NCBI GenBank assembly: GCA_951406725.2
Contig: OX597824.1
Span: 12,090,001-12,154,000 of the forward strand
From: Octopus vulgaris
Lineage: Eukaryota
Reading direction: 5' to 3'
Length of the DNA: 64,000 nucleotides
Part shown: positions 12,063 through 23,500 of the stretch, in pieces
How the letters are laid out: the number at the start of each line of letters is the position of its first letter
Numbering within the stretch: position 1 is the first letter of the stretch
Position numbers and translations under genes: made by a program
The notes under the pieces: model-generated
Told to the model about the DNA's origin: nothing
The model's input: the letters and a program-made list of their open reading frames with translations, nothing else
Databases searched by the model: none

Positions 12063-12819
12063 GTTAGTGAAATCATTTGTAGCATATTTTTGCAGCTTAT
12101 GCACAATATTGATTTTATTATAAGTAATTGCATTCGAAGTTCAAATTCAAATTGAAAAATTAAAAATTTTAACGCTTTTTGTTAGAATATTCTAATCCAA
12201 ATAGTAATGAAAAATAAATATACGGTAGCCCAAACGTCCTACAATTCATACATCATTTCTTACTTTATATTTTTGTTGCTATATATCTATTTCTGACAAT
12301 TTGATTGATGTATATATATTTCTGCAAGCAAAGAGGGTATAATGGGGATGTTACGGGTTCCAGACTATGTAAATTTGGAAGTTCAGAAAATCCTAATAAA
12401 CAAAGGAAAACGAAAAAAAAATTATAAATAGTACGGATTACTTGAAATGTTTGATATGTGAATTTTTCAAATAAAATTAATTTTATTTTACTCCTGCACC
12501 ACACAAAAGTTACATAATGAGATTTCTAGAGAAAATAAACTTTTGACACGAATTTTCTTTGCTTTAGAACAAAAATAACAGTTGGAAAACTCGTGTACCA
12601 GTGTGCCACAATTTAAGTACTAGTTATCCCGGCTTCCGCTGACCGTATTTGCAGAAATAGTACTGTATTTTGTTATATCAATCCGCAAATTTTGCCGTTT
12701 AATTTAATGTAGCTTTTCTGTTTCAGTTAATTATTTAAAAAAACAAAAACGAAACCAATTCGGAAAAATAATTGATTTTAAAAGTTTTATTAATTATTGC
12801 TTTTTTAATCTTGCAAAAG

Positions 12820-13038
12820 CAGCAAGTAAATGCGGACGTAGTTTACTAGGCGCACTGACATCATTTAGCTGAGTTGTCAAACAAGCCCAATATTCAGGCA
12901 AATCGAGGTGGACAACAAGCGTGACTTTTTAAAAAGAGTTCGATTTAGCGAAGTGAGGGGAAATATTTTATTTATTCAGGGGGGAAAAGTTTTTCTAGTG
13001 TTTGTAAATATAATTTCGAAATCCTAAGCAACAAGAAG
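12820..13038 (+). promoter_or_regulatory. Probable CoREST promoter/5'UTR
   Basis: CpG-retaining, repeat-free sequence immediately upstream of the exon 1 ATG. The TSS cannot be placed. Confidence 0.45.
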
Positions 13039-13153
13039 ATGGTTTTAGCCGATAAAAGCTCAGACGATATACGGAACGGTCGACGCTCTCGTTGTGGGAG
13101 TCCTAATGGACAGATATCTGATGATAGCAGTGCTGCTGATGATTCTGATCATG
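13039..13153 (+). CDS. RCOR: CoREST exon 1 ([38 protein letters not shown])
   Basis: ATG in AAGATGG context; donor G|GTGAGT; phase 1 joins exon 2 to give H-E-SGMRVG, matching the RCOR motif EH(x)GMRVG. Confidence 0.88.
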
Positions 13154-16100
13154 GTGAGTTGGTTCACTTTAAGGGTCTTTCTTCATCTCTATCCCTTGTT
13201 TCATCTTTATCCTGTATGTCCTTTAAGAGACCACAAATATCCGTTACGATAACATTTACTCACTAGTTTGCTCCCCCCTTTTTTTTTCATCTTGTAGAGA
13301 GTGGAATGAGAGTCGGAGAGGAATACCAAGCTAGAATTCCCGATTCGTGTATATCAGGTAAGCAGCTTCTTTGTTTTCGTCTTTCCTTCTTGTCTTCGAG
13401 AGCCCTGGCGAAGGGCTCAAATGGCCCCTTTCCATGCCACCTTGCTGTGTGAAGGATTCGTTAGGGGGGGAAACACATGTTCTCTCTTCTGCTCACCTAG
13501 CCCTCCTCTCAATTCCAATCGTGGCCCAATAAAACTCGTTTGTACTTCGCAGCACACTCTTTTTCATAACTCATTGATTATATTTTCCATCTCCGAGGTT
13601 CACCACATCCCTTATCCCCGAATTTCAAGTCCCATCTTTTAACCAACCAACCAACCAACCAACCATCCATTTGAATCCATTTCGTCAACACGTAGCATCT
13701 TCACCTTAACTTTCTCAACTTTCCCCCCCTCCTTTGTGTTTGATTCCCTTCACTCGTGTGCAGTTTTATTACTATCTCCTTAGAAAGGGGGCGAAATTTA
13801 CTAAAAAAAAGGGGGTCAGAAAAATCCCCCTGTTTCCTGGTAAAAAAGACTTGGGGTCTGTCTATTCAGCTGGTGTCGTCGTTGTTCAACAGAATCTGAC
13901 CTGCTTACCCTCCCAACCCTTTCTTCATCCCGTTAACGTATTTCTCTCTCACATTGAATGTCTGTTTAACCCCTCGACCACTCAGTCGGTGCTCCCTTGC
14001 TTCAAACATGAACACTGACCTATAATTCAAGCAAATAAAACCACTTGGGAGTCGGGGTTTTTTTTTTCTTCTTCCCCAACCGATTTCAAAAAAAAAAAAA
14101 AAATATCCTCATGTTTCCCGACAAGACCCCCTTAAAAGGAATCTGTGTTTTAATTCCAGTTCCCTTTCATGCCCCCTCCGTTTTCTCTTCCAGCCTGTTT
14201 GTCTCGTCTTTTTTTCAAATTTGCGAGTTTTTTCCTCTATTTAATAATAATAAAAAAGCATCCAGACCTAAACAACTGTTTACCTTTCCGGCTCTGAAAG
14301 CATTTGCACTACAAAAGATACCTAAGCCTCAATATATATGTGTTTGTGTTGTGCTAAAAGGAAAATTTGTAATTTATTATATATATTTTGTTTTTAAATT
14401 ATAATTGTATAAAATCGATCTCGCTACAAAAGAACAGTTTTAAATGGCATTTAGTTTGACAAATGTACGCATCCGTCCTACAGCGATGTCGAACTTTCAC
14501 ATCAAATAATTATCGAACTATTTTGTTTCTCTCCAACTTCCCCAACAATCGCGAATTCGTTTCTTTTTATTTATAAAGCTTCCATCCTTTATTTACTGAT
14601 GCAGATGGAGCTTTTTTAAGATGAGTTTTCTCGCAATCTTTGTTATACGTGTCATTTTTAATCCAGCGTGCAAATAGAGGCGCGAATATCCTTCCATACT
14701 TTTTGGACTTCGAACATGAAATGTCTCACGTAGGAGAACTGTTTCTACCTTTTTGTTAATCAGAATCTATTGCTTAAAAGAAAAAAAGGAATAAAAAAAT
14801 GCAAATTTATATGTATATACTAGTTTATAGTTGCTTAATGTTTTGTTATTCTCCTTTAACGACTTTAAGCTATGTACACCCCCCCTCTTTTTTTTTTTTT
14901 ATAATATATTTTAGAGGAGTCGAATCAGTCCTAGAATAATTCGGCGTCAGAAATGGATAGTAATTTATAGAGCTTTTTGTGATCAGTGTATGGACTTTCT
15001 TTACTAATATTTTTTCTTCTTTATATATATATATATATACCAAAAGATAGACGCTTATACATTGGCTTTGACACCGAGACACTGCTCATCCCTAGAAACA
15101 ATCATTTTTTGCTGCCAGGTCTAATTAATTTCCCATGGCGACTCCATATTCTTCACAGGCAGAATGTATGGCAAACGCTGTGTATTTCCTTTTTCAAGAT
15201 CTGAAAGTATTTTTCAACCTTGGGCGAACACACAGTACAAACTATGTCCTTACTCTGTGTGGAATAAATGAAGTTCTTATCTCATCTCTCTCTAGTTGCA
15301 GAAGGCTTAGGATACTTAATTCAATTCCACTTGGCTCAGTGTAGCAAGCTGGAGTGGAGAAAGTAAGCTGCGGTAGGCTAGCTTGCTATTCAGGAGTAGC
15401 TTTGTCTCGCATCCGTTTAACGCCTTTAAAAAAAAAAAAAAAAAAAAAAAAACTTGTTTTAAGCAGCAGTCCGATAACCCATTGTGTAGGTGAAAAGCTT
15501 AGCTTTTAACTATGTTCAACAGTAATTGTTCATAGCTGGAGCGCCTAGGCATTGACTGACTGACGGCTAAGAGTATGATGTTCCCCACCACATCAGACAT
15601 CGGTCTAGCGTGGGGCAGTGTCCTCTCCATGTCTCGCCTGCGATTACTACTAGGCCGAATTATGCTCCACTAAACTACTTTATCTTGAAAGATTTACCGA
15701 TTTTTGTTCACTTGCTTCAGTCCAGTTCTTTTACAGAACTACATACACTTTACTTTACTGCAGCTCCATCCAATAAGGGGATGTGGGGGTTCAGAAAATA
15801 GTTAATATTGGTTTCAAATTTTGGCACAATGCCAGCATGTTCGGGGGAAGGGTAAGTCGATTATATCGACCCCAGTGTTTAACTGGTACTTATTTTATCG
15901 ATCTCGAAAGGATGAACAGCAAAGTCGGCCTCGGCGGAATTTGAAGAAAACAGTTAATATTCCATCCAAGTGGTTTCGAATTATACACTCTTGCGTTACT
16001 TGAAATTTCTTTTTGTATTCCATCCGAAACTGTACATAGTAATGCCGTGTGTGTCTGAGTTTATGTATACGTAACAATGAAAACAGCCTTTCACTATAAT

Positions 16101-19100
16101 TGAGGTTTTGTGATATAATTTTTTTTTTTATGTGTAACCCCAGGGAGTCAAGTAATTCCCCTGGTGTTATACATAGAACCAACCCGCTCATGTCTCTTCA
16201 ACATATTCCGGCTTTACGTTTTGAGTTCAAATTTCACCAAGGTTGACTTTGTCGATGAAATAAGTACCGGATTCCAGGCCTTATGCCCTTAGTAGAAAGG
16301 ATTATTTATTAGTATTATCGGGAGCGGTATTAGATGGAATCGTTGGAGCGGCGGACATAAAATGATAGCGGTATTTAGTTGCTTCTCTGAGTTCCAGTTG
16401 GGATTAAAACATTAGTTGGCGATCTTTCGTCTCTAGTAGACCTTTCCGTCGATTTCCGTAAAACATTTTTTTTTTTTACGTATGGGCTTGCGGGAACTTT
16501 TGAAGTAATATACATACATATACACATACACCGAGTAAAAAATTTCAGTTATCTCTTTCTTTCACACATTACTCTGTCTCTTCACTTACACAACATACTG
16601 TCTGTCTCCCACACCCCATCAAACACACACATGTACATCAATGCTTCCCATGCACGGTAACTTCAAAAGAACTTCCCTCGTCATACAATCGCTTTCTCTT
16701 AGTCTCTTTCGCTCTCATTACTTCAAAAGTTCCCGCAAGCCCATATGTAAAAAAAAAAAAAAATTTTACGGAAATCGACGGAAAGGTCTACTACAAACGA
16801 AAGATTGCCCATTAGTTGTAGCGAATCGACTTTTCCTTTCCAGCCCGGTAAAATCAGTTCAGTATTAAGGTGGGGAAATACACCGTTTTGTGCCCTTCCC
16901 GCCATTGTTCCTTAGAAAGTATGGAATGGTAAAATCTTGTCTGCGTCTGATAAAAAATGCCTTGCAGTATTTGTTTCGGCCCTTCACGCAGAGTTCGACT
17001 TTTCTGTTCATCGTGACGGGATCGATAAAATAAAGTACCAGTCGAGTACTAAGGTCAATTTTATTGATTAACCAACCGCTCCAAAACTTGGGGAGCATTG
17101 TGTCTGTTAGAAACGATTTTTTTAAAGGAATCGCAGAATCACGAGTTCAAAACCCTCAGTCGATATATTCGATTTTTCGTTCCATCCTAGATTTACACAC
17201 ACACACACACACACACGTGTACGCGCGCTTATTTTTGAAAAACTCAATCATGTAATCGAAAATTGGGTGCTTGAATTCTGTATTTATGTCACATTGCTGG
17301 TAACAACGGTTATTCTCCTCCAGTCTTTCCTTAATTTGTAATTAGGACTCGTGGACATAGCTATGTAAAGTTCGCTATGTGATAAAGTGGTTTGGGACTG
17401 TTCTACTTCACGGTATCTTACCATAAGCATCTAGAAAGGCGGCGAGCTGGCAGAAACGTTAGCACGCCGGGCGAAATGCGTAGCCGTATTTCGTCTGCCG
17501 TTACGTTCTGAGTTCAAGTTCCGCCGAGGTCGACTTTGCCTTTCATCCTTTCGGGGTCGATTAAATAAGTACCAGTTTACGCACTGGGGTCGATTTATTC
17601 GACCGTTTGTCTGTCCTTGTTTGTCCCCTCTATGTTTAGCCCCTTGTGGGCAATAAAGAAATAAGAAACGTTAGCACGCCGGGCGAAATGCTAAGCGGTA
17701 TTTCGTCTGCCGTTACGTTCTGAGTTCAAATTCCGCCGAGGTCGACTTTGCCTTTCATCCTTTCGGGGTCGATAAATTAAGTACCAGTTACGCGCTGGGG
17801 TCGATATAATCGACTTAATCTGTCTGTCTGTCCTTGCTTGTCTCCTCTGTGTTTAGCCCCTTGTGGGTAGTAAAGAAATAGGTATCTTACCGTAAGCATC
17901 TAGTCGGCCCAAGTCGTGAACGAGAACAGTGCATAAGCCTTGTCGGATTGAATTGTCCCTACGATTGTGGAGTAGACTTAATGCAGCTCTCCTTTTACGA
18001 TGACCACCTGACTTTTGAGTGGCTTTAAGTTCCCAGTATTGCAAACTCTCTCTCTCTCTCCCTGATGCCTATGTGATTTATTTCTGACAAAATATTGATT
18101 GCTCAATATCTAAGGGATTAAATTCTTTCTATAATTAAACAAAATGGTATTCTTAAATCCTGGAGAGGGCGCTGGATGGCAGAATTGGTAGAGCATTATG
18201 AGAAATATTTTGTGTAGGTTTGTCCCTTTACGTTTTGGTTTTTAAATCCCGCAACTGTCGGCTGTGTTCCGATAAAATAAGTGTCAGTTACAGAAGGCGA
18301 TATAATCGATTAATATTTCTCCCTTTGAGTGTTGTGTCTGTTAGAAATCGTTCTTAATTTCAATCAGCTATCTACCTATGCGTGACGTCTAGGATCTATC
18401 TAGCATTTTATTTCTTTACGTTTCCTTACGATGACTCAGGGTTTTTTAACTATAACTTGTTGACATCGTGTTCGTGTTGGTGAAATAACAAACAATTAGA
18501 AACCTTTCAGTTTTTATTTGCCTTGATCTGAAAGAAATTCCTAGTTTTGGTATTGTTAACCAAGTGTTTCAATTCAGGGAATTTGTTATTTTCAGATTCT
18601 TTGATTCGTTGTGTGTGTGTTTGGTTTGGTAACTCTTGGAATATAGTCTATTGATTTGGCCCTTCTTCCTGTGACTAAACCATTCCAACTCTGCATAGCC
18701 TGATATTACTTGTGATATATGATTCTATAGAATTTCCTTTCCTTGTTTTACCGGGGTTTATTCCCAATCAAACAGACTAATATTAAAAAGAATTGTGGCT
18801 GTGAGAATATATATGTATACGCATATATGTATATATGTATGCGTTTATATCTGTATGCATTGTGTCTGTACATATATGTATCAAGATATGAGTCAAAGTT
18901 CCTGAGCCATAGGCTCATACGGTCGCCTTCCCATATTCTGTGGTGTATATATTCTTCCTCTGTATAGAATGCCGGTCTGTTGCTGGACTACTCTGTTTTG
19001 CCAGCTGAGTGGACTGGAGCAATGTGAAATGAAGCATCGCCTGGTCCAGGAATTGAAATCACTAACTTACAATCATGAGTTGAAGACCCTAACAACTAAG

Positions 19101-20533
19101 CCACGTGCCTCTACATGTATTTCTATACATACTATATCTACATACACATGTGTGTATATCATGAGCCTATAGATATATGCATATATGCGTCTATGTATAC
19201 ATATACCTATGTATACCTGATGACAGAGGAAGATGACTGACTATTGCCCTTGCAAAATGTCAGCAACCCCTGTGCTTAAGGCACCTGTTGTCAGCTTTAC
19301 TCTGGTTTGCACCCACATCTTCCATGCTCACCCTTAGCGCCTATCTACTCAACTAGGTTTTGGAAAGTTGCCTTGTTGCTGATAGTGCAGTCTAAAATCT
19401 TAAGTCCAATAAGACTTGCACAACACCTCATAGATCTTTCTGTCCTATTGATATGATCCAGAAACCAACCAAAGCAAGATATTCAGTACCGATATTGGTT
19501 GCAGACTCTGGAATGTGGGAACACCATGATCTAAAGTGCAAGTAAAATATTAAAAAAAATGTCCAATGCAATTCCTGCATATCTAGTTTTATATCAGAGT
19601 GCCTTACTCTTGGTTGTCTTCCAGTATGCCAGACATTAACCTGGAATTTCTGAGGACCTGTGCTATTGCTAGATGGTTGTTGAACCTACACCGAGTTCTT
19701 GTTAATCCTGCTGGGTTTCTAGGAACCCTTCTCACCAGACAAATCTAGTGGGAGGTGGGGGGCAGTTTAGTCATGGACAACCTGACTATGCATCAGGTTG
19801 TACTGGATTCCATATTACCAGTAACACTCGTGAGATCTCACAAGTGACCTGACATGTGTACCTATGGATATATATACATACACACATGTATACACATAAG
19901 AAATATGCATCTACATATATATCTGTTGGAGGGTGTGTATATATATATAGAGGAAGAATTTACGGATTTTTTCTCTTACGAGGTTTTTCACGCTGGCTAC
20001 TGATAATTCCTTTAAAGATTTTATCCTCAATTGTTAATTTATATTTTTCACCGGAATAGTTCAATACTGAATTTTTATTCCGACTAGGCAATTTGTTACC
20101 GAAATGCATTGCGAAAAAGCCCGCCATTTTCATAGATATGTAAGGATAAACATTCGTACATGCTACGACGAATTCTACGGTTGGCTATCGAGTTTGTAAT
20201 GTTATGTTTTTTCTTATATTTCTTGAGTTTGTTGCACTGACGAACATGATATGCATATTCTGCATTAAATGCGAAATCACATGTGATATGTAACTGAATT
20301 CTTTCTTAAAATGATGTGTTTTGAAGTTTTGCATTCGGTAAAATTTTGTTTATTTTTAGTAGTTTTGACCGCATTGGTCCCTCTTAGCGTGTTGGTATCT
20401 ATGAATAGTAGTACCCTCAATATAATATAAATGAATATTTTCAAAGAGGAAGAATTTACGGATTTTTTTCTTACGAGGTTTTTCACGCTGACTACTGATA
20501 ATTCCTTTAAAGATTTTATCCTCAATTGTTAAA

Positions 20534-20569
<36 letters not shown>

Positions 20570-23500
20570 ACATGTACATTTGTATGTATGTACAGAATAG
20601 TATATTGGTAATAACTTTAGTCAGAAGAAATGAAGGAATTCTTCCTTATTTCATCTATAAAGAAGTACAGAAAGTCTTTGTATTTTCCAAAGAAATGAAA
20701 TAAAATGAATTAAAGTTGATATTTACATCTATAATTTCTTCATCTAGTGCCAAAATATTTTGCTCCTCTTTCTCTGGCAGTCTGTCTGTTTCTCTCAATA
20801 TATATGTATATCTGTATTTATTACCATTATTATTTAATGTCCTTTTTTTCCAGGTTCTTTGATTGCTTTGATATATGATTTCTACAACTGGATTCCCTTT
20901 CTAATGCCAATCCCTTCATAGTGTTCTGGGTGCTTTTTACATAGCACTAAGTTTTTGCAAGACACCTCAACTGAGTGGGGTACGGAATAGAAGAATAAAA
21001 AACTAGGATAGAGGGATGAGCAGGTGTCTTGCTGAAAGTGAAAATAGTGTGACAGATGATTAGGGATATGGAATGAGTTGGTTGCAGAGAATCTCAATTC
21101 AAGGGAAGTGAAGGAAAGAGATGGGATAACATAGAATAATGAGTGTTAGAAAATGAGTTGTAGAGGAAGGCTTGACAGAACCTTTCATCTTGGTCCCCTG
21201 TCATTTCTTCTGACAGGCTCAACATCTTGAGGTCAGACTTCACTGTGTCCCAAGTCTTCCCTTCCACAAGTCCTTTTCAATTTCTAAATTGTTTTTATAA
21301 ATTCTTTTGTACATACTTAGCATTGTTAATATATTTTTTCAAAATTCATACTATTTTGATATTAATAAAATCATGTTTTGTTTGTCTTAGTAAATAATAA
21401 TAAGAAATCAAGAATAATCAATATAATAATTAAAATATACACGTAGATCACACAAGTTTGGCAGATGCAAGTTTTGCAATGCAAAGTTGGCAAAATTTCA
21501 TTGTTCCTTCATTTCTCCACCACCACAATGACATGGTGCAACATTTTCTTCATTGTCTAAAAGGTCCATTTTTTTTTCATAAAAATGCGACTGCCTTCAT
21601 CTTGTTACTGATTACATTTGTAAAATTCTTTAACCAACATCTTGAGAGTTTTTAGAAATTGAAAACTAAACTAAAACGTAACCTAAAGAAATCTCCCTTT
21701 AAATTATAGATAACATGCCAAAGTAGCATCATATCTGCCTTTCACTCTGAGAGAGACTGGTGTGTAACAAAAGCACCCAGTACACTCTGTAAATTGGTTG
21801 ACATTAGGAAAGACATTTAGCAATAGAAACAATGCCATAGAAGGCATTGTTGCTTACAAGTTCCTGCTGTACTCTCCAATCTATGCCAGCATGGAAGAAA
21901 AGAAAGTTAAATGATAATGACATATACGTACATGTATATTACGAAACAGCTGTAAACATAGAATAAATATTTTGTCTCACTTCTGAATTTGATTAATATA
22001 CATTGTTCTCATCATTACCACCACCTCTACCAGTGCCCCCTCTCCTTTCAAAGGTTCTTTGTTTTGCAAGTTACTTGGTGACCCTGCCAGTGCTGGTGCC
22101 ATGTAAAAAGTATCCAGTCCACGCTGTAGAGTGGTTACCATTTGGAAGGGCATCCATCTGTAAAACCCATGCCAAAACTGATCTCACTTGTGCTAGTGTC
22201 AAGTAAAAAGCACTCAGTCCACTCTGTGGGGTGGTTGGTGTTAGGAAGGGCATCCTGCCATAAAACCCATGCCAAAACACAGTCTGATGCCTGTCAAATC
22301 ATCCAACCCATGCCAGCATGGAAGGCAGATGCTAAATGATGATCACTTCATGTCTGCTTTCCACACTAACACTCTCCCCGATCCCTTATCTAGTGGGTGA
22401 TGCGGAAACTGGAGATTGACGAATGGTTAATAAGGGCTGTTCAGGCCCTATACAGAGAGGCTGTTAGTAAGGTTAGCATTGGCAATGAGTATAGTGAAGA
22501 ATTCCGGGTAGAAGTAGGGGTCCACCAAGGTTCAGCCCTCAGTCCCTTTTTGTTCATCATAGTCCTCTAGGCAATAACAGAGGAATTCAAGATGGGTTGC
22601 TCCTGTATGCTGATGACCTGGCCCTCATAGCAGAATCACTAATGGAACTAGAAAAGAAATTTCAGGTGTGGAAGCTAGGTTTAGAATCAAAAGGTCTTAG
22701 AGTCAATGTAGCAAAGACCAAAGTTCTAGTAAGTAGGAAGGTGAACTCATCACACATGTCTTCAGGTAGGTGGCTTTACTCGATTTGTAGAAAAGGTGTG
22801 GGTAGAAACTCCTTAAGATGTACCCAGTGTAAGCTATGGACACATAAGAGGTGCAGCAACATCAAAGGAGGATTAACCGAGAAAATAGCTTTCGTGTGTC
22901 GCAGATGCACAAGGGCAATAAACACTACAGATGTTCAGAAAACAGATTCCATCACACTCCAGGGGGAGAAACTAGAAGTAGTTGATAGCTTCTGCTACCT
23001 GGGTGACCAAGTTAATAGTGGGGATGGATGCTCAGAGAGTGTTACCACTAGAATAAGCATAGCCTGGGCAAAGTTTAAAAAACTTCCACCCCTACTGGTG
23101 ACAAAAGGCCTCTCGCTCAGAGTGAAAGGTAGATTGTTTGATGCATGTGTGCGAACTGCCATGCTTCACGGCAGTGAAATGTGAGCCATGACTGCAGAAG
23201 ACATACGTAGGCTCAAAAGAAATTAAGCTGGATGTGTAATGTCAGTGTGCACACATGACAGTGTAAACGCCCTGAGAGAAATGTTAAGCATAAGAAGTAT
23301 CAGATGTGGTATGCAAGAGAGACGTTTGTGCTGGTATGGTTATGTACTATGGATAGATGAGGAGAGATATGTGAAGAAGTGCCACTCCCAAACAGTTGAA
23401 GGAATCAGGGGTAGAGGTAGGAAGACATGGGATGAGGTGGTCAAGCATGACCTTGGGCCTCACAGAGGCAATGACGAAAGAGCGAGACCTCTGGAGATAT

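Noticed and set aside
17438-17525. tRNA-like A and B boxes
   Set aside because: These are SINE heads with no cloverleaf; no true tRNA gene was recognised in the window.
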